From Craspedostauros australis (Eukaryota), in NCBI GenBank assembly GCA_030167865.1, contig JALAGF010005194.1:1-59615 (forward strand): DNA of 59,615 nt, read 5' to 3'. Below are positions 1 to 11,990 of the stretch, in pieces (within the stretch, counting starts at the first letter, position 1; each line of letters begins with the position of its first letter). The notes beneath the pieces are model-generated. The model did no database searches, was not told the DNA's origin, and worked only from the letters and a program-made list of their open reading frames with translations. A program made the translations under genes and the position numbers.

Positions 1-201
1 CGTTGGACGGCCATTGTGGGTTTTTGTTTTGGTGTTGCACCATTGTCATGTGATGGTGTGGAGTTTTGCGCTCTCGGCCGGCCCCACATCTTGGGGGCCC
101 CGGTATTTACTCATAAGCTTACCAAATGTACGAAAGAAGCATCACACAAAACACTTCGAGAGTACCAATGCAACTCAACCATTCTGTTACGACGAAACGT
201 A

Positions 202-312
202 NNNNNNNNNNNNNNNNNNNNNNNNNNNNNNNNNNNNNNNNNNNNNNNNNNNNNNNNNNNNNNNNNNNNNNNNNNNNNNNNNNNNNNNNNNNNNNNNNNN
301 NNNNNNNNNNNN
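202..312. other. Assembly gap (111 N)
   Basis: Run of N in the sequence; ORFs that span it are artefacts. Confidence 0.99.
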
Positions 313-830
313 CAACTAGCGCTATCGTGGAGGAGGTGTGGGATGGTCTCATCGGAACACCTCAAAAAGAGACTAAACAATTCAAAATCGGAACAAACTT
401 GCTGAAACGAAGAACAGCAAAGGGTTAAGTTGGATCGATGTAGTCGGACGCAAAAGGCTGAGTCCCTAAAGCAGTCTAAAAATCTGCACCTTGATGGGTC
501 CATAAAACTTAAAATAAGGTCTAACAGAAAGGTATTTTGTACCAGTATTTGGTTTTAGAATATGAGGATTATGAATATGCGGTCGGTTTGGATATCCAAG
601 AAAAATGTTGTTGAGTCCCATAACAAAGTGCAGGTCGACTCACTGATCGGGCTCCTACTGAGACTACTCTGCCTTTCACAGTCGTACTATCCATGCATCA
701 ACATGCAAGCGCCCCTCAAGACCTAACAACTTCAGCATAAATGGCCGACTCCGCTCAAGCGGTGGACCTGCCCAACTGCAGCCTACGACCTACAAGTACA
801 ACTTATCTGAATTCCTCTCCGAACTACCCA

Positions 831-853
831 AGAGAGAGAGAGAGAGAGAGAGA
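831..853. repeat. (AG)n microsatellite
   Basis: About 11 AG units seen directly. Confidence 0.95.
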
Positions 854-965
854 CGAATAGCGACCGTTTCATTCTGTTGTACTCTTACTCTTAGTTATAG
901 CGTACAACTCAACCACTTTCATCATGTGCATGCGATGTGTAGGCATGCGGACCTCCAAGCTTTCC

Positions 966-2423
966 TCAATCTTCGTCCAAAGTCGATCGCACCAGCTCCA
1001 ACAACATCAGACGGCTCATGTCGCTCTCCAACACCGTACCGTGGATCTCCAGAAGCCCATACAGCTCGCCCACCGACATATCCGTGTACTCATCCTCGAT
1101 GCCGTCGCACGGCGTTCCCGCACAACAGCTGTGGATCTCGGTCATGAGGTTGCTGCAACCGACAAGCTTCGAGCATTTGCCCTTGGCCATCAGCGGGCCA
1201 ATGTTCTTCGCCACGAGCTTGATACATTCCTCCTTCAACATGGTGCAGCTATATCCGTCCGCAAACAGCAGCAGATCCACACAAGAGTGCAAGTCCAGAT
1301 GGTGTTCCATCAACTGCGCTTCGATCATGAGCTTCAGTCCCCAACAATCGAACTGGTTGGCGACGATCAAGGCGTGGGTGAGCTCAAACTTCTCGGCCGT
1401 CTCAATGAAGGATGAATCGCCTGCGTACACAAATCGGAGCATCCAGTTGAAGTACTTTGGACTGATCCGTGGCAACTCGATGACGCATTGTCGGTTGCTC
1501 CTCTCGTCATCATCATCGACGTCATCATCGATGATCTCATCATCACTGTCGTTGCTGATGTCTGCGTTTGGAGGATCTGGAGATCGTTCAACAGGAACCT
1601 CGTCAGGACCATCGGAGGTTGCTACGACACCTTCCAGGTAGTTGATCGCATCGTCCGTGCTTTCAATCTTGCCCTTCTCATCAACGGCTGTCCCCTCATC
1701 CTCTTGCGCCTCTTTGTTGGGCATGCTATTCGCAGATTCAGCGAACTTCCTCTCAACTGCTCTCTTCTGCTTGGCCAGATAGATGAGGTCCTTCATGGCG
1801 GGCATATGCATGAGAAGGATCGTGCTGTTGGCGCAGATCCGCTCCTGTTTGTCCTCGGGTCCCACCAGGAAGGCAATATCCGCCATGACCTCATTCTGGA
1901 GATTCTTGAGCATGGTGTTCTGCATCACGTTCGTCGGTTTCCATACTTTCTCCTTGGGGACGAAGGCTTGAATGCCGACCTTGACGGTGAGAGTGTCGTC
2001 GACGCATCCCTTGCTGAGAACCTCCTCGCGGCTGGCAAAATCGCAGTAACCAAGATGTTTGGATCCCTTTTTGAATATGTGTGGCGTACTGCTTTTGTGA
2101 GTGATGCCCATCTTGGGAATCGCCATGGAGAACATTGCACTGCAATACAGTGCCTCTTCAGAGTCTCCGGACAAAAAGTGGAGGAACATGCCGACATCTT
2201 CGAGATTTTCGGTTTGCGGGTTTTCTGCTGATGGTGACTTCTTCGTGCGTTTGTCGCCCCGTGGATAGAGCCGGACCTTCCACTCGAACCCATGGCAGTC
2301 GAATGCAGAGGAGGCGACATACCCCCCCACCTTCTCGGAGAGCTGTGAGAATCCATGAAAGTGGACGTTCACAAACTGTTCCTCTGCGTAATAGCCGTCG
2401 ACGCCAACATGGATGTCCTTCAT
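966..2423 (-). CDS. MATH-BTB/POZ domain protein (SPOP/BPM-like cullin-3 substrate adaptor), 485 aa
   Basis: N-terminal MATH-like segment (FHGFSQL...FDCHGFEWKVRLYPRG...VGMFLH...LGYCDF). BTB starts at ADIAFLVG and resumes at IELPRISPKYFNWMLRFVY...LIVANQFDCWGLK. BACK-like end (LLLFADGYSCTMLKEECI). Confidence 0.9.
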   Translation of the reverse strand: MKDIHVGVDGYYAEEQFVNVHFHGFSQLSEKVGGYVASSAFDCHGFEWKVRLYPRGDKRTKKSPSAENPQTENLEDVGMFLHFLSGDSEEALYCSAMFSMAIPKMGITHKSSTPHIFKKGSKHLGYCDFASREEVLSKGCVDDTLTVKVGIQAFVPKEKVWKPTNVMQNTMLKNLQNEVMADIAFLVGPEDKQERICANSTILLMHMPAMKDLIYLAKQKRAVERKFAESANSMPNKEAQEDEGTAVDEKGKIESTDDAINYLEGVVATSDGPDEVPVERSPDPPNADISNDSDDEIIDDDVDDDDERSNRQCVIELPRISPKYFNWMLRFVYAGDSSFIETAEKFELTHALIVANQFDCWGLKLMIEAQLMEHHLDLHSCVDLLLFADGYSCTMLKEECIKLVAKNIGPLMAKGKCSKLVGCSNLMTEIHSCCAGTPCDGIEDEYTDMSVGELYGLLEIHGTVLESDMSRLMLLELVRSTLDED

Positions 2424-2986
2424 GTTGCCGGATGCGTCTGTGTGCGTTGAAAGCGATGCGTTTTCTGCTTTGAAAGGAGGAGATGTGTCGATGTTGCTGT
2501 CGTTGTTTGCGTTCGTCTTGTTCCCAAGTGTTGCAATTCCGGTTTATGTGTCTCGCCAACTCTCCTCTCTTGCCCCTTCGTGCCATTTCGCGGCCTCTGC
2601 GATCAAGGAACGAGGCATTTGAACGATCCAGGATCGTGGAGAAGCCATCTCCCACATGGTGGATACGGTCAACCAGACGCACCAACTATCGATGGTTGTG
2701 TGCGGAAGCCACCAAAGATGCGTTCGGAGTTCCGAAAGATGATGCCAGACTGATTCAAAAGGTACTGGAATAGTGTCGTTATCAACGTCTCAATGTTGAT
2801 GGTTGATCATTCGTGTTTTTGCATCAACTCCAAAGGAGTCACGTTTGTTGGTACATTTACGAGCTAAAGTTCCAGTCTAGACATCCCCTATCATGTTTAA
2901 CTTCTCCACTCCACCATCATAATGTTGGCGGTGACCGCATACCTATTCGTTACCATGGAACAGAGCGAAATTCATTGGAAGCGCAA

Positions 2987-5218
2987 TCACCACGCTCTTC
3001 CGATACCCAGCACGAAGGGCTTGGCGAAGTCGAGGAGGTTCAGGTTCGGTTCCAACGATCGCCCCAGCCCTTCCAGCACCAACGTGCTGATGACGACCGA
3101 GGACATGGCGGGGTCGATCTCGACACCGTGCACGCGACACAGATCCAAGACACGGGATAGCAGAGAGCCGATCTGCATGCGGCCCAAGGTCAGACCTTCG
3201 CTGCGACGGCGGTCATGGAACTCCGACACGATGTCTTGGATGCCGCTGGCGAACTCCTCCGTGCAACCAGGCGTTTGGCTGCATCGCTCGTACTTGGCGC
3301 GCTCCACCATGAGACGGCCGGCGGTGCGGCCATCGTTGAAGATGATGGCACGGAACAGATCCACGAGGTTGCGTTGGTCGTTGGACGATAACGAGGTGGA
3401 GATGCCGGCATCAAGGAACACGATGGAGTAGGTGGTGTCATACTCCTGCTTCGTTGCTACATTCGTGCCTTTGGTTGTGCCTGCATCTGTGGTTGATGCC
3501 GATTCTGCCTCTGCGGCGGCTGGCGTGACGATTTCACGTGGGAGATTGGAGCTCCCAAGTCCAAAAACGCGTTGCAGCATGCTTCGTGGGTGCTGGTCAC
3601 GTGGAATGCGGATGCGCTGTACCATGACGTTGCCTGGATGCAAGTCGCCATGGATGAAGTTGTCCCAGAAGACCATCTTGAGGAAAGCACGCAGCAACGG
3701 CCCTGCGAGCTGCTTGCGAACTTCGTCCGCTGGATTTCGTTGCAAGTACGATGCGATCGGCACCGCATCCTCCACCAGCGTCTCAACCAGGACTTGCTGC
3801 GTCGTCCATTCCATGTATGGCTTGGGGAAGACGATGGATGACGATACCTCCTTCGAGTTTGGTTGTGATGCGCCATCATCATCGCCCTTGTGATTCGCCT
3901 TCTTCCCGTACCCATAAAAGTTGGAACGGAATTGGCGCAGGTTGTTGGCTTCCACGGTGAGATCGGACTGCAATCGCAGGATGTCGTCAAAGGTCTCCGC
4001 AACGCGCGGCAGATTGACGAGCTTGATGAGATCCACTGGCAGCGAATGCAACAGCTTGGCAGCAGCCGCGATGAAGGCCAGATCTTTGTCGACGAGTTCG
4101 CGGAAATGAGGATGCAACACCTTGATGGCGACCTTGCGCTCTTCATATTCGACATTGTCTGCCGAGTTGCCATCGTCGCCATCGTGAGCTTTCTGTGGTT
4201 TGTTGCCTGTGCTCTTGTTTGCCACCGGCACACGCAACGTTCCTTCATACACTTGCGCCGCAGAACCACAGCCGAGGACCCTGCCCACGGTGAGCCCCTT
4301 GGCCTCGTAGTCACCGAACTCCTGCGTCAGAACGGCGTGCGTGTGGGACCAGGAATGCGGATAGCCGCTGTCGTGCAGCTGGCACAGCCGGTCGCAAACG
4401 TGAGCCGGGAAGATGTCACGGCGCGTGGCGATCCATTGGCACAGCTTGACGGCGACCGGTCCCAAACCTTGCACCGCCGAGATGGTGTACCACCATGCAA
4501 AGTCGGAGATTCTGGTTGCGCTAGTATCCTTGCCGGTGGAGAGAATGGCGGCAGGCACCAGAATGATCAACGGTGACAGCCGCAGCGTGACCTCCGTCGT
4601 GCGCAGCGTGATGATGACGATGTCCCACAGCCGACTTGCCAAATCCGCAATCCATCGAGCCAGACGTCTCAGCAATCCTGGTCGAGGTTTCGGCGATGGC
4701 GCCAGCATCCAGCTAGCGTTGGAGGCGGATGAGTCATCACGTGTTGATGCAGATGATGGCCCTTGGATGGTTGGCATCTGATTGTCGATGAATCTTCGGA
4801 TGGCATCCTGCAGGCGCGACAGGAGCTGCCAGATCTCCGCGCGATGCAGCGAGAGCGGAGCCACCAACATCGGAATGTGGCTTTCCGCCATGCGAAGGGG
4901 CCTTGGCGAGAGCTGCGTTCGATGCTGTTGGTGAAATGGTCGCAGTCTGGAGTGATGTGGAGATCGGCACGAGGTCGACGATGATCGGGTTGCCACCTTC
5001 CACCTTGGCTGGGCGTTAGTTCGCGAGGCCCTGCCCTTGAACAACGATCCGAGCTTCGTTCTGGAGCTTAGAAGCGTGGGGCTTCTGTTGCAGAATGGCC
5101 TGGAAAGGCTGGCAGGATTCATGATGGGCCGTGGGACATGATGGTACAGCAACCTGCCAAACGGAGGTGAGAGGGACTTGGCCGCATGGCCTGTTGCCAT
5201 TGAAGCAGTTCGTAGCAT
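2987..5218 (-). CDS. ABC1/UbiB/AarF atypical protein kinase (ADCK2-like), probably mitochondrial, 743 aa
   Basis: LGPVAVKLCQWIATRRDIF (KxxQ region), GCGSAAQVY, VAIKVLHP, DLTVEANNL, FIHGDLHPGN, IVFLDAG, LEGLGRSL. The Arg/Ser-rich N-terminus resembles a transit peptide. Confidence 0.92.
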   Translation of the reverse strand: MLRTASMATGHAAKSLSPPFGRLLYHHVPRPIMNPASLSRPFCNRSPTLLSSRTKLGSLFKGRASRTNAQPRWKVATRSSSTSCRSPHHSRLRPFHQQHRTQLSPRPLRMAESHIPMLVAPLSLHRAEIWQLLSRLQDAIRRFIDNQMPTIQGPSSASTRDDSSASNASWMLAPSPKPRPGLLRRLARWIADLASRLWDIVIITLRTTEVTLRLSPLIILVPAAILSTGKDTSATRISDFAWWYTISAVQGLGPVAVKLCQWIATRRDIFPAHVCDRLCQLHDSGYPHSWSHTHAVLTQEFGDYEAKGLTVGRVLGCGSAAQVYEGTLRVPVANKSTGNKPQKAHDGDDGNSADNVEYEERKVAIKVLHPHFRELVDKDLAFIAAAAKLLHSLPVDLIKLVNLPRVAETFDDILRLQSDLTVEANNLRQFRSNFYGYGKKANHKGDDDGASQPNSKEVSSSIVFPKPYMEWTTQQVLVETLVEDAVPIASYLQRNPADEVRKQLAGPLLRAFLKMVFWDNFIHGDLHPGNVMVQRIRIPRDQHPRSMLQRVFGLGSSNLPREIVTPAAAEAESASTTDAGTTKGTNVATKQEYDTTYSIVFLDAGISTSLSSNDQRNLVDLFRAIIFNDGRTAGRLMVERAKYERCSQTPGCTEEFASGIQDIVSEFHDRRRSEGLTLGRMQIGSLLSRVLDLCRVHGVEIDPAMSSVVISTLVLEGLGRSLEPNLNLLDFAKPFVLGIGRAW

Positions 5219-6715
5219 GGTTGATCAAGCAATGCAATGCGGTGCACTGCGATGCAACGCGATGCAAGAGGAGTCGGCGTGTGACGGACTATGATAGAGT
5301 GCAATGGATTGTTATGAGTACGAGCACCCTCTTGATCTCTTCCTTCTGATGGTCAGTGACCAGATGTGTGGAGGACTGGTATGTACTCTCTGGTATTATG
5401 GTTTGATACAGCAGCTCCTCTCGGAATTTGACATGACCTTCCGATCATCCGCTTCGACTTCGATCCTCCGCATCACCCTGCGCACGTTTGCGGATGACCA
5501 CCAACCTCGAAAAGTGAGATTCGTGGACTCTGAGTCACGCATTTCACATGATTCTTGTTTCTCAAATTGCTCCGTTTAGTCGAGAATGGAAGAAGTTGAC
5601 ACGATTCAGTTTAACCGTTGTTAACCGCCGTCTCCACAAAAATTTGGCGTGCTTTGGGTTTTTGCGAACAGACCAAAGTTTCGCTGGTGTCGTGATGGGT
5701 GTCGACAGACACCAACAACACCAAAGACAGGCAATGACGACAACGGAGATGAGCGCTTCGGAGGAAGCGCATGGCGGAGATGGTGAGCGATAGTACTGTG
5801 CGGTGAAGCACTGCATCAGGCAGGTCCGGATTGGATCGGATCAGATCGGATTGGATTGATGTGACACGAGCTGCTGTTTCGCAGGCTACCTTCGTTTTAC
5901 ATTGTCGAGGTGACCAAAGAGGGAATGCAGAGATGGGGACGCTGTACGACTACGGAGTTGGAACGAGTGAGTATGAGAGAGAGGCGGATGACCCAAATTT
6001 TGGGCACTCACGCAGGTCAATTGCACGTATCCAGTGATGATTTTGTTCATCCATCGGCCACGCAGGAAGCAGTTCTTTGCGACATCGTCGGCTTCCATCC
6101 TCGAGAGGAGGGCAACGCAAATGGGCCAAAGGCGAATCACTCGCACAAGTTGGACAAAAATTCGCTGCGCTTCAATCCCACGCGGTGATACACGGCAAGG
6201 GGTATGGTGCCATTCAATCTTCTCTGTGGTCTGATGCTGATGGAAGTACGCAACAGACACAGAGAGAGGTGTCATGTGAGCTATTTTGTGGAATGCGCAG
6301 TGACAGCCAAGCCGAAAACGAGAAGGGTCATTCGTTTGCCAAAAAGAACCGAGGCTGGCACGCATTGTTCTCATCCATGCTCGTACAAGTACTCGTTGAA
6401 TCACAAGACAAAGTGATCACCAGAGGAGCAACCATCATTCGGAGGTGCTGGCACGTCAACAGCCATAGTGACAGTAACAGAAAGAACCAGAGCGGCAAGT
6501 TGAGTGTAAACTGGATGGTGTCAATCCCCATCCCATTCTTCAGAAAGCGATAGTCTGACATCACCAACAGCGGCCCACCGAGAATAATAACAGAGGGGAC
6601 GTACGCCTGCATTGACCTCGATCCTGCACCAACAAGAACTGCGAATAGATCGTATCCAACGAACGTTCGATCAACACCAACGCCCGTGCCACTCTCACTA
6701 CATCCTCTCTGCATC

Positions 6716-7270
6716 ATGGGTTCGCGAAAACGAAGGTCTTCGAAGCGGAAGCAAAGATCCTCGAAGGCAACGAAGACGAGGGAAACGGAGACGGAATCGG
6801 CGGACGCTCCGATGCTGCGAACTCCAGCAAGCTCGTCGCTCATGGAGAGCATGGAATCCTACCTCATGTGGTGCTTCCTGACACCCACCGATGGCGTCGA
6901 TACGGAGGCTCTGCTCCATGTCACCAACGAGCTGGACCGATCCTTCTTGGGTCGGCGCTCAAAGATCGACCAGTACCAGAAGTTCGCGCTGTCGGCGGAT
7001 CCGAAGGCGGTCGATGCGATGCAAGCACGTGACAAGCAGCTCGTTTCCTCGCCACAGGATCATGCCGATCCGTATCTCGCCTATCCCGACGACGAGGACC
7101 CGCCGCCGTTGCGTCGCTCCGTGACGCCTCAGAGCCACGAGACCTTGGCGCTGTCACGCACGTCCAGCGATTCCACCGTCGTTTCCAGCAATACGATCAA
7201 AGCCACCGAAGAGCGGCGGTCGTACTGGAGCAGCGTGGCGGACTGCGGCGGATATGGTACATCCTTTTGA
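6716..7270 (+). CDS. Hypothetical protein (~184 aa) with basic NLS-like N-terminus
   Basis: First ATG at 6716 (MGSRKRRSSKRKQR). C/G-ending codon bias like the neighbouring genes. No recognisable domain. Confidence 0.5.
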   Translation: MGSRKRRSSKRKQRSSKATKTRETETESADAPMLRTPASSSLMESMESYLMWCFLTPTDGVDTEALLHVTNELDRSFLGRRSKIDQYQKFALSADPKAVDAMQARDKQLVSSPQDHADPYLAYPDDEDPPPLRRSVTPQSHETLALSRTSSDSTVVSSNTIKATEERRSYWSSVADCGGYGTSF

Positions 7271-10200
7271 AGATCACGTGGTTCATGTATTTTCGGTGGT
7301 GTCAGTTCGGAGGGTCGACTTTGATTATGGAGGAGGGCCTTTCCGAGAGCGCGTCGGTGTCGTTGTTGTTGTTGGTGGTGGTGGTGGTGTGTGATACTTC
7401 AATCGCACGATGCACGGCATGCATTCTCTGCCTCGTGGTGTTTTATGTGCAGCACTCACAAGAGACACAATTCATGTTGTACAGGAGCAGCAATCAAGCC
7501 GTGCGCGCCACCCTTCATTGCCTTCCATTCTGCTCACGCCGGCGCTATTCGGATTCGAAGGATGGATGTGCTGAAAAATATGTGGAACGGCTGAACTGTG
7601 CAGATCAGGTGCTTGCACTTGATCAACATCTGTGGCAATGCAATGCGGTGCGATGAAATGGGCTTGGGCAGGAGAACGAGGAGGGGAACGAGAAGGAAAC
7701 GAGTCACAAATGGGCAGACCGACGTCGATAGAAACATCACCGAGCATGAGAGCCAGAGTACGATCACAGAGTACCACGCTCATCGTATCGACGCGCTCAT
7801 CTGAACAGAGGACTCATCGCAGATGCTGGGGTTGACATTGGAATTGCCGCTGACACCAATGATGGGAATCGCAATCGCGAGGGTGATGCCTCTGGGGGAG
7901 GTACCGAGATGGATGAATGGGACCACCAGCACGCCACGGATGGCCTGTCCGTATCCTGTGGATCTTCGGCCATTCATGTGTTCTTGCGTCTTTGATACAA
8001 CATGACGGAGGCGGACAAGACACGTTCTGGTGCCAAGCGCGTGCCGTACGTGCCATACCTCTCTCCGTTCTCTGTTGACAGAGACGAGAGGAACAAGCCA
8101 TCTTCCGCAGAGTTCAGTCTATGTCTTGGCACTTGGGTGCTATTACCTATAATCGTGTCTCTACCATACGGACTCGTCCCATGCTATAGGTCGTATGATA
8201 CATCTGCTTGATCTGTTGTCGATTTGGCCCGCGACTACGACTTGCTACGCTCCAATCGACGTCCCGTTCGTGAACACCAACAAATTCTCTGTTCCTCGCA
8301 GAAGAACAGGGACGACCGACTGCGCGCCAAGTTGCAACTACTCGATCTGTTGATATTCCAATGCCACCGCGCAACATGAGATGAGACAGCAGGGGCGGCA
8401 GATCTGTGCATGTGATGCGCCTCCATGCGCACGATGAGGCAACAGCCAAACTGCTTTGATGAAGTGCTGCCACCTCTACATGTATCAATGTTCCATCGGT
8501 TGTTATCATTTCTTCTGTTTTTCCACATCTGCTCCAGTGCACTTGCATAGAGATACCGTGCGAGTGGAGACACAGAGATAGAGACAGAAGCGTGATGAGT
8601 ACGAACTACGGAGGGATCACGTTTGGCAGCGGAGAACGTACAAGCTATCTAATCCGTCTCGGATGTACACAAGAACAGGAACCGCTCAACCCACGCAACA
8701 GCATGCACGAATGCATGGCGTTTCCGAGACCACCATGTTGTGCACTGGGGTGGTAACGCCGCTGAGATTGGTTTCGCCAGACATCAAAGGCCTCGACAGA
8801 TGGTTCACAGCTGGTCCATGGAAAGTGTCGAGACAAGCTTCCTTCCCAAATCCGAAGAGGAGATGGAGCTATGGTGTGCATCTGTTCCCAAAATCTGCGG
8901 CTCGCACGATCTGCGAGTATGTTTGTGAAGGTGTGTGGTAGAGCGTGGAGGTGCGAGCCATGTACATGTATCACATGGTGCTCTTGCATGCACATGTGAC
9001 ATTACATCTCAGAACCATTCGCCCCGACCGCAGCACTCGGTGTCCACTGCTGAGGGCTGGCTGGATTGACGTTGACATTGACATTGACACCTTCGATCTT
9101 GTGCGTGATCCCAACCTCAACCCAAACGGTTACCGCCAACGAGCAAGACTTTAATCAGCCCGTGGCACTTTGTGCTCCATTTCGCTTTCATGGGATGGAT
9201 TGACAGAACGATGCCATCCGATCGAATGGAGAAGCTGTTATGCTTGTACCAGCTGCAGTTTGGTACGACTATGGGGTGGCGAGGTGTGGCACAGTAAAGG
9301 CAACGGCACCATCCATCACGCGAACCGCTGCCAGGTCTCCATCAAGAGTGTCAACAGAAATGGCGCGAAAAGATGCAGACCGGGTAGTCTCCACGTCTAT
9401 GTGCGAGCATTGAGCAGAGAGAAGATACAAAGAGATGCATGGGCATTGGGCATGGACTGAGAGAACGAAGGAGAGCCCGCGAGAAGTGATTCACACCGTC
9501 AATGAAAAGAAGGAGACTTGCGATCACGTCTTTGCATCTCAACAACATGAGGTTCAGTTAGACGGCACTCCAATAATTGTAAGATGGTGGAAGCACGCCG
9601 TTGCCCGAACAGGTATTGAAGAATGAGCTCGTGCGTACGAACCGGGAAGGATCGCATCGTGTCTGCTCGCCACTTGCTGGGTGACGAGAGGATGCTCATG
9701 GGAGGAGAGGAGAAGAGATGATACTGAGGACCAGAATAGATGAGACAGGTACAGTACGAGCGAGAGAGGAGCTGTCACATGGAGATACGGGTAGAGAGGT
9801 GGGGCAAACATTGACGCTCCACTGAGGGAGAAAGAAGGATAAGGACACCGTGTCCACATGCCCCACGATCAACACCAATGGGGGGATTTACATGAATGAT
9901 TGACTATGCGCAGCCGTATAATTGGTAGATGAGTGGGCAGTATCAAACTTGTACTCGTAGCTCGCAGCTTGTATGGTATACTGCTTTGTCAAATCCTAAT
10001 GAAGCCATGCGGATGTTCTCGGAGAGGGATGCAATGGAACTTAATCTGGATGAGAGAAACTGCGCGGAACGATTGCTGGGCTCGTCCCTGGAGTCTGACA
10101 CGAGCTTCAACACATGGAAGAGCACCAAGCCGTGGTCCAACAGAACGCGCAACTCCTCCATCCAGCTTCGACGATGCTCATGTATTGAACACGCGTATGG

Positions 10201-10358
10201 CATCATACGCAGGGCAATACCACGCTCGAACATGCAGTTGCAGAGCGCTGCGTTTGTCCATGGATCTGTCTGCGACGTCCAATCGCGCCACATATGCACC
10301 CATGATGTCACCACATCACATTCTGCTATCGCAGAAGCCGTGTCACCTATACAATGCA

Positions 10359-10420
10359 ACAGAACATGGAACAGAACATGGGACAGAACATGAAACAGAG
10401 CAGGAAGAGCAGGACAGAGC
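10359..10420. repeat. Degenerate 12-bp tandem repeat (ACAGAACATGGA-like)
   Basis: acagaacatgga acagaacatggg acagaacatgaa acagagcagga... seen directly. Confidence 0.75.
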
Positions 10421-11990
10421 AGAGCGCGGATAGACAGTTCCGGAGATGAAGTGGGCGGATCGACAGGGCAGCGCCTTGACGCCTCCGGACGAAGATGAGA
10501 CCGAAAAATCCCCCTCGCATGCTTCACATCAACGTCGACTTGGGTGCGTAGCGCGACAGGAGGCACCATCAGAACTCTGCGCTGCTCTATCATAGACTGA
10601 ATGCACTTGGGAGAGTATAGTATTTCTTGTCCGGGACGCCCACGCCCACGCGCACAAGCGAGCAGCCAGGGGGCATTCGTGTGAATGCTGGACACGTTGC
10701 GTGACAACCAAGGCTCTGTGCCACGGCGCTGCGGTACCCTTCCACGATCGTGGAGTATTTACATGTCTTGTGGAGAATGCATGGGGACGGAGTGAATGAT
10801 CGATTGCAATAAAGTATAGTAGCCCAGCAAAGCATCCTCCGCTCCATTCCATGGGCAGAATGGTGCACGTTTGCCAACAAGGAGGAGAGAAGGAAGCGAG
10901 ATGGGATCGAAATGCGTATTCGGGAAGCATGGGGGCGGAAGGGAACCAAGAACTCGCCAGTGATGGTTGAGGCTTACTGACAGAAACATGCAGCACTGGC
11001 GAGACAGAGCATTGAAGGAGCCTTATTATTCGTAGCGGAGTTGTTGGATCCTCTTCTTGCTTGGCTGCCCTGTACGCACATCGTAGGTAATGACTTGTCG
11101 GAAAGCCACAACGATCCAAACAAGACCATGGTGGGGCCTAAAAATCTCTTCCCCACCCATGCGATCACTTCCGAGCGATGTCGAATTTGCGTGTTCGTAC
11201 AGCATTTATGAGTGTTGCTGTTCCGCGATACTTGTATGTGTTTGCAGTACTGGAGCACAAACCTTCTGCCCATGTGCCTCTGCGTGGGTGTGATTTGAGA
11301 GGATACTATTGGTTGCTGCCATGGGAGCGTGGGAAGCTGGAGATGTTGTATTCGAAGTCCCGCATTCCGCACACCGGCTTTTCAACAACATTGACTGGGT
11401 GGACACGGCTATGCCCGCAGAATAGTACGTCTACTTCACCCAACCAGTTCCATACCATTACATGCTCTTCTCTGGGTTGTTCGGAGCGCAGATCGATCCC
11501 CAATGGATCACCACTCCCGCCAATCGAGAGTCCTTTCATTTGAATCTCTGAGATGCAACAAGACGCAGATAATGTCGGGTTTGCCGAGGCCGTTGTTCTG
11601 CGTTGCCTCTTGGTTGGCTGCACTTCGTACTCGTAGCCAGGCATGTCTATTTGATTGTCCCTTTACCTGGACCTGTATTGATTTCCTAATTGCATTTCTA
11701 TGATAGGTTAGGTTTTAGTCCAGCTGTGCTTGACGAGATTAGTAAATAGTATGTACGGGGGGAGGGGTCGTTTTAGCATGAATACGATGCTGCATGTGGT
11801 TGGATAGTCGATTGAGGAGGATTCAAAATTGCCGAGCTTTCTGTCTGAGCTTGTGCTTGGTAGTCTCTGGCAAGAAGGCTCTGCTGGGGGCTTATCATCG
11901 CCATCGCTATGGTCAACGACTGCTGGTGGTGCCATTCCATGGGTGGGAAGCTGCGGTGCTTCGGGCACGCAGACAAGCAAGGTGTATCGC

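Noticed and set aside
14..503. ORFs spanning the N run
   Set aside because: They are open only because Ns translate as X.
7300..11200. Many 60-250-aa ORFs
   Set aside because: No codon bias or recognisable motifs; Cys/Arg/Ser-rich random-like translations.
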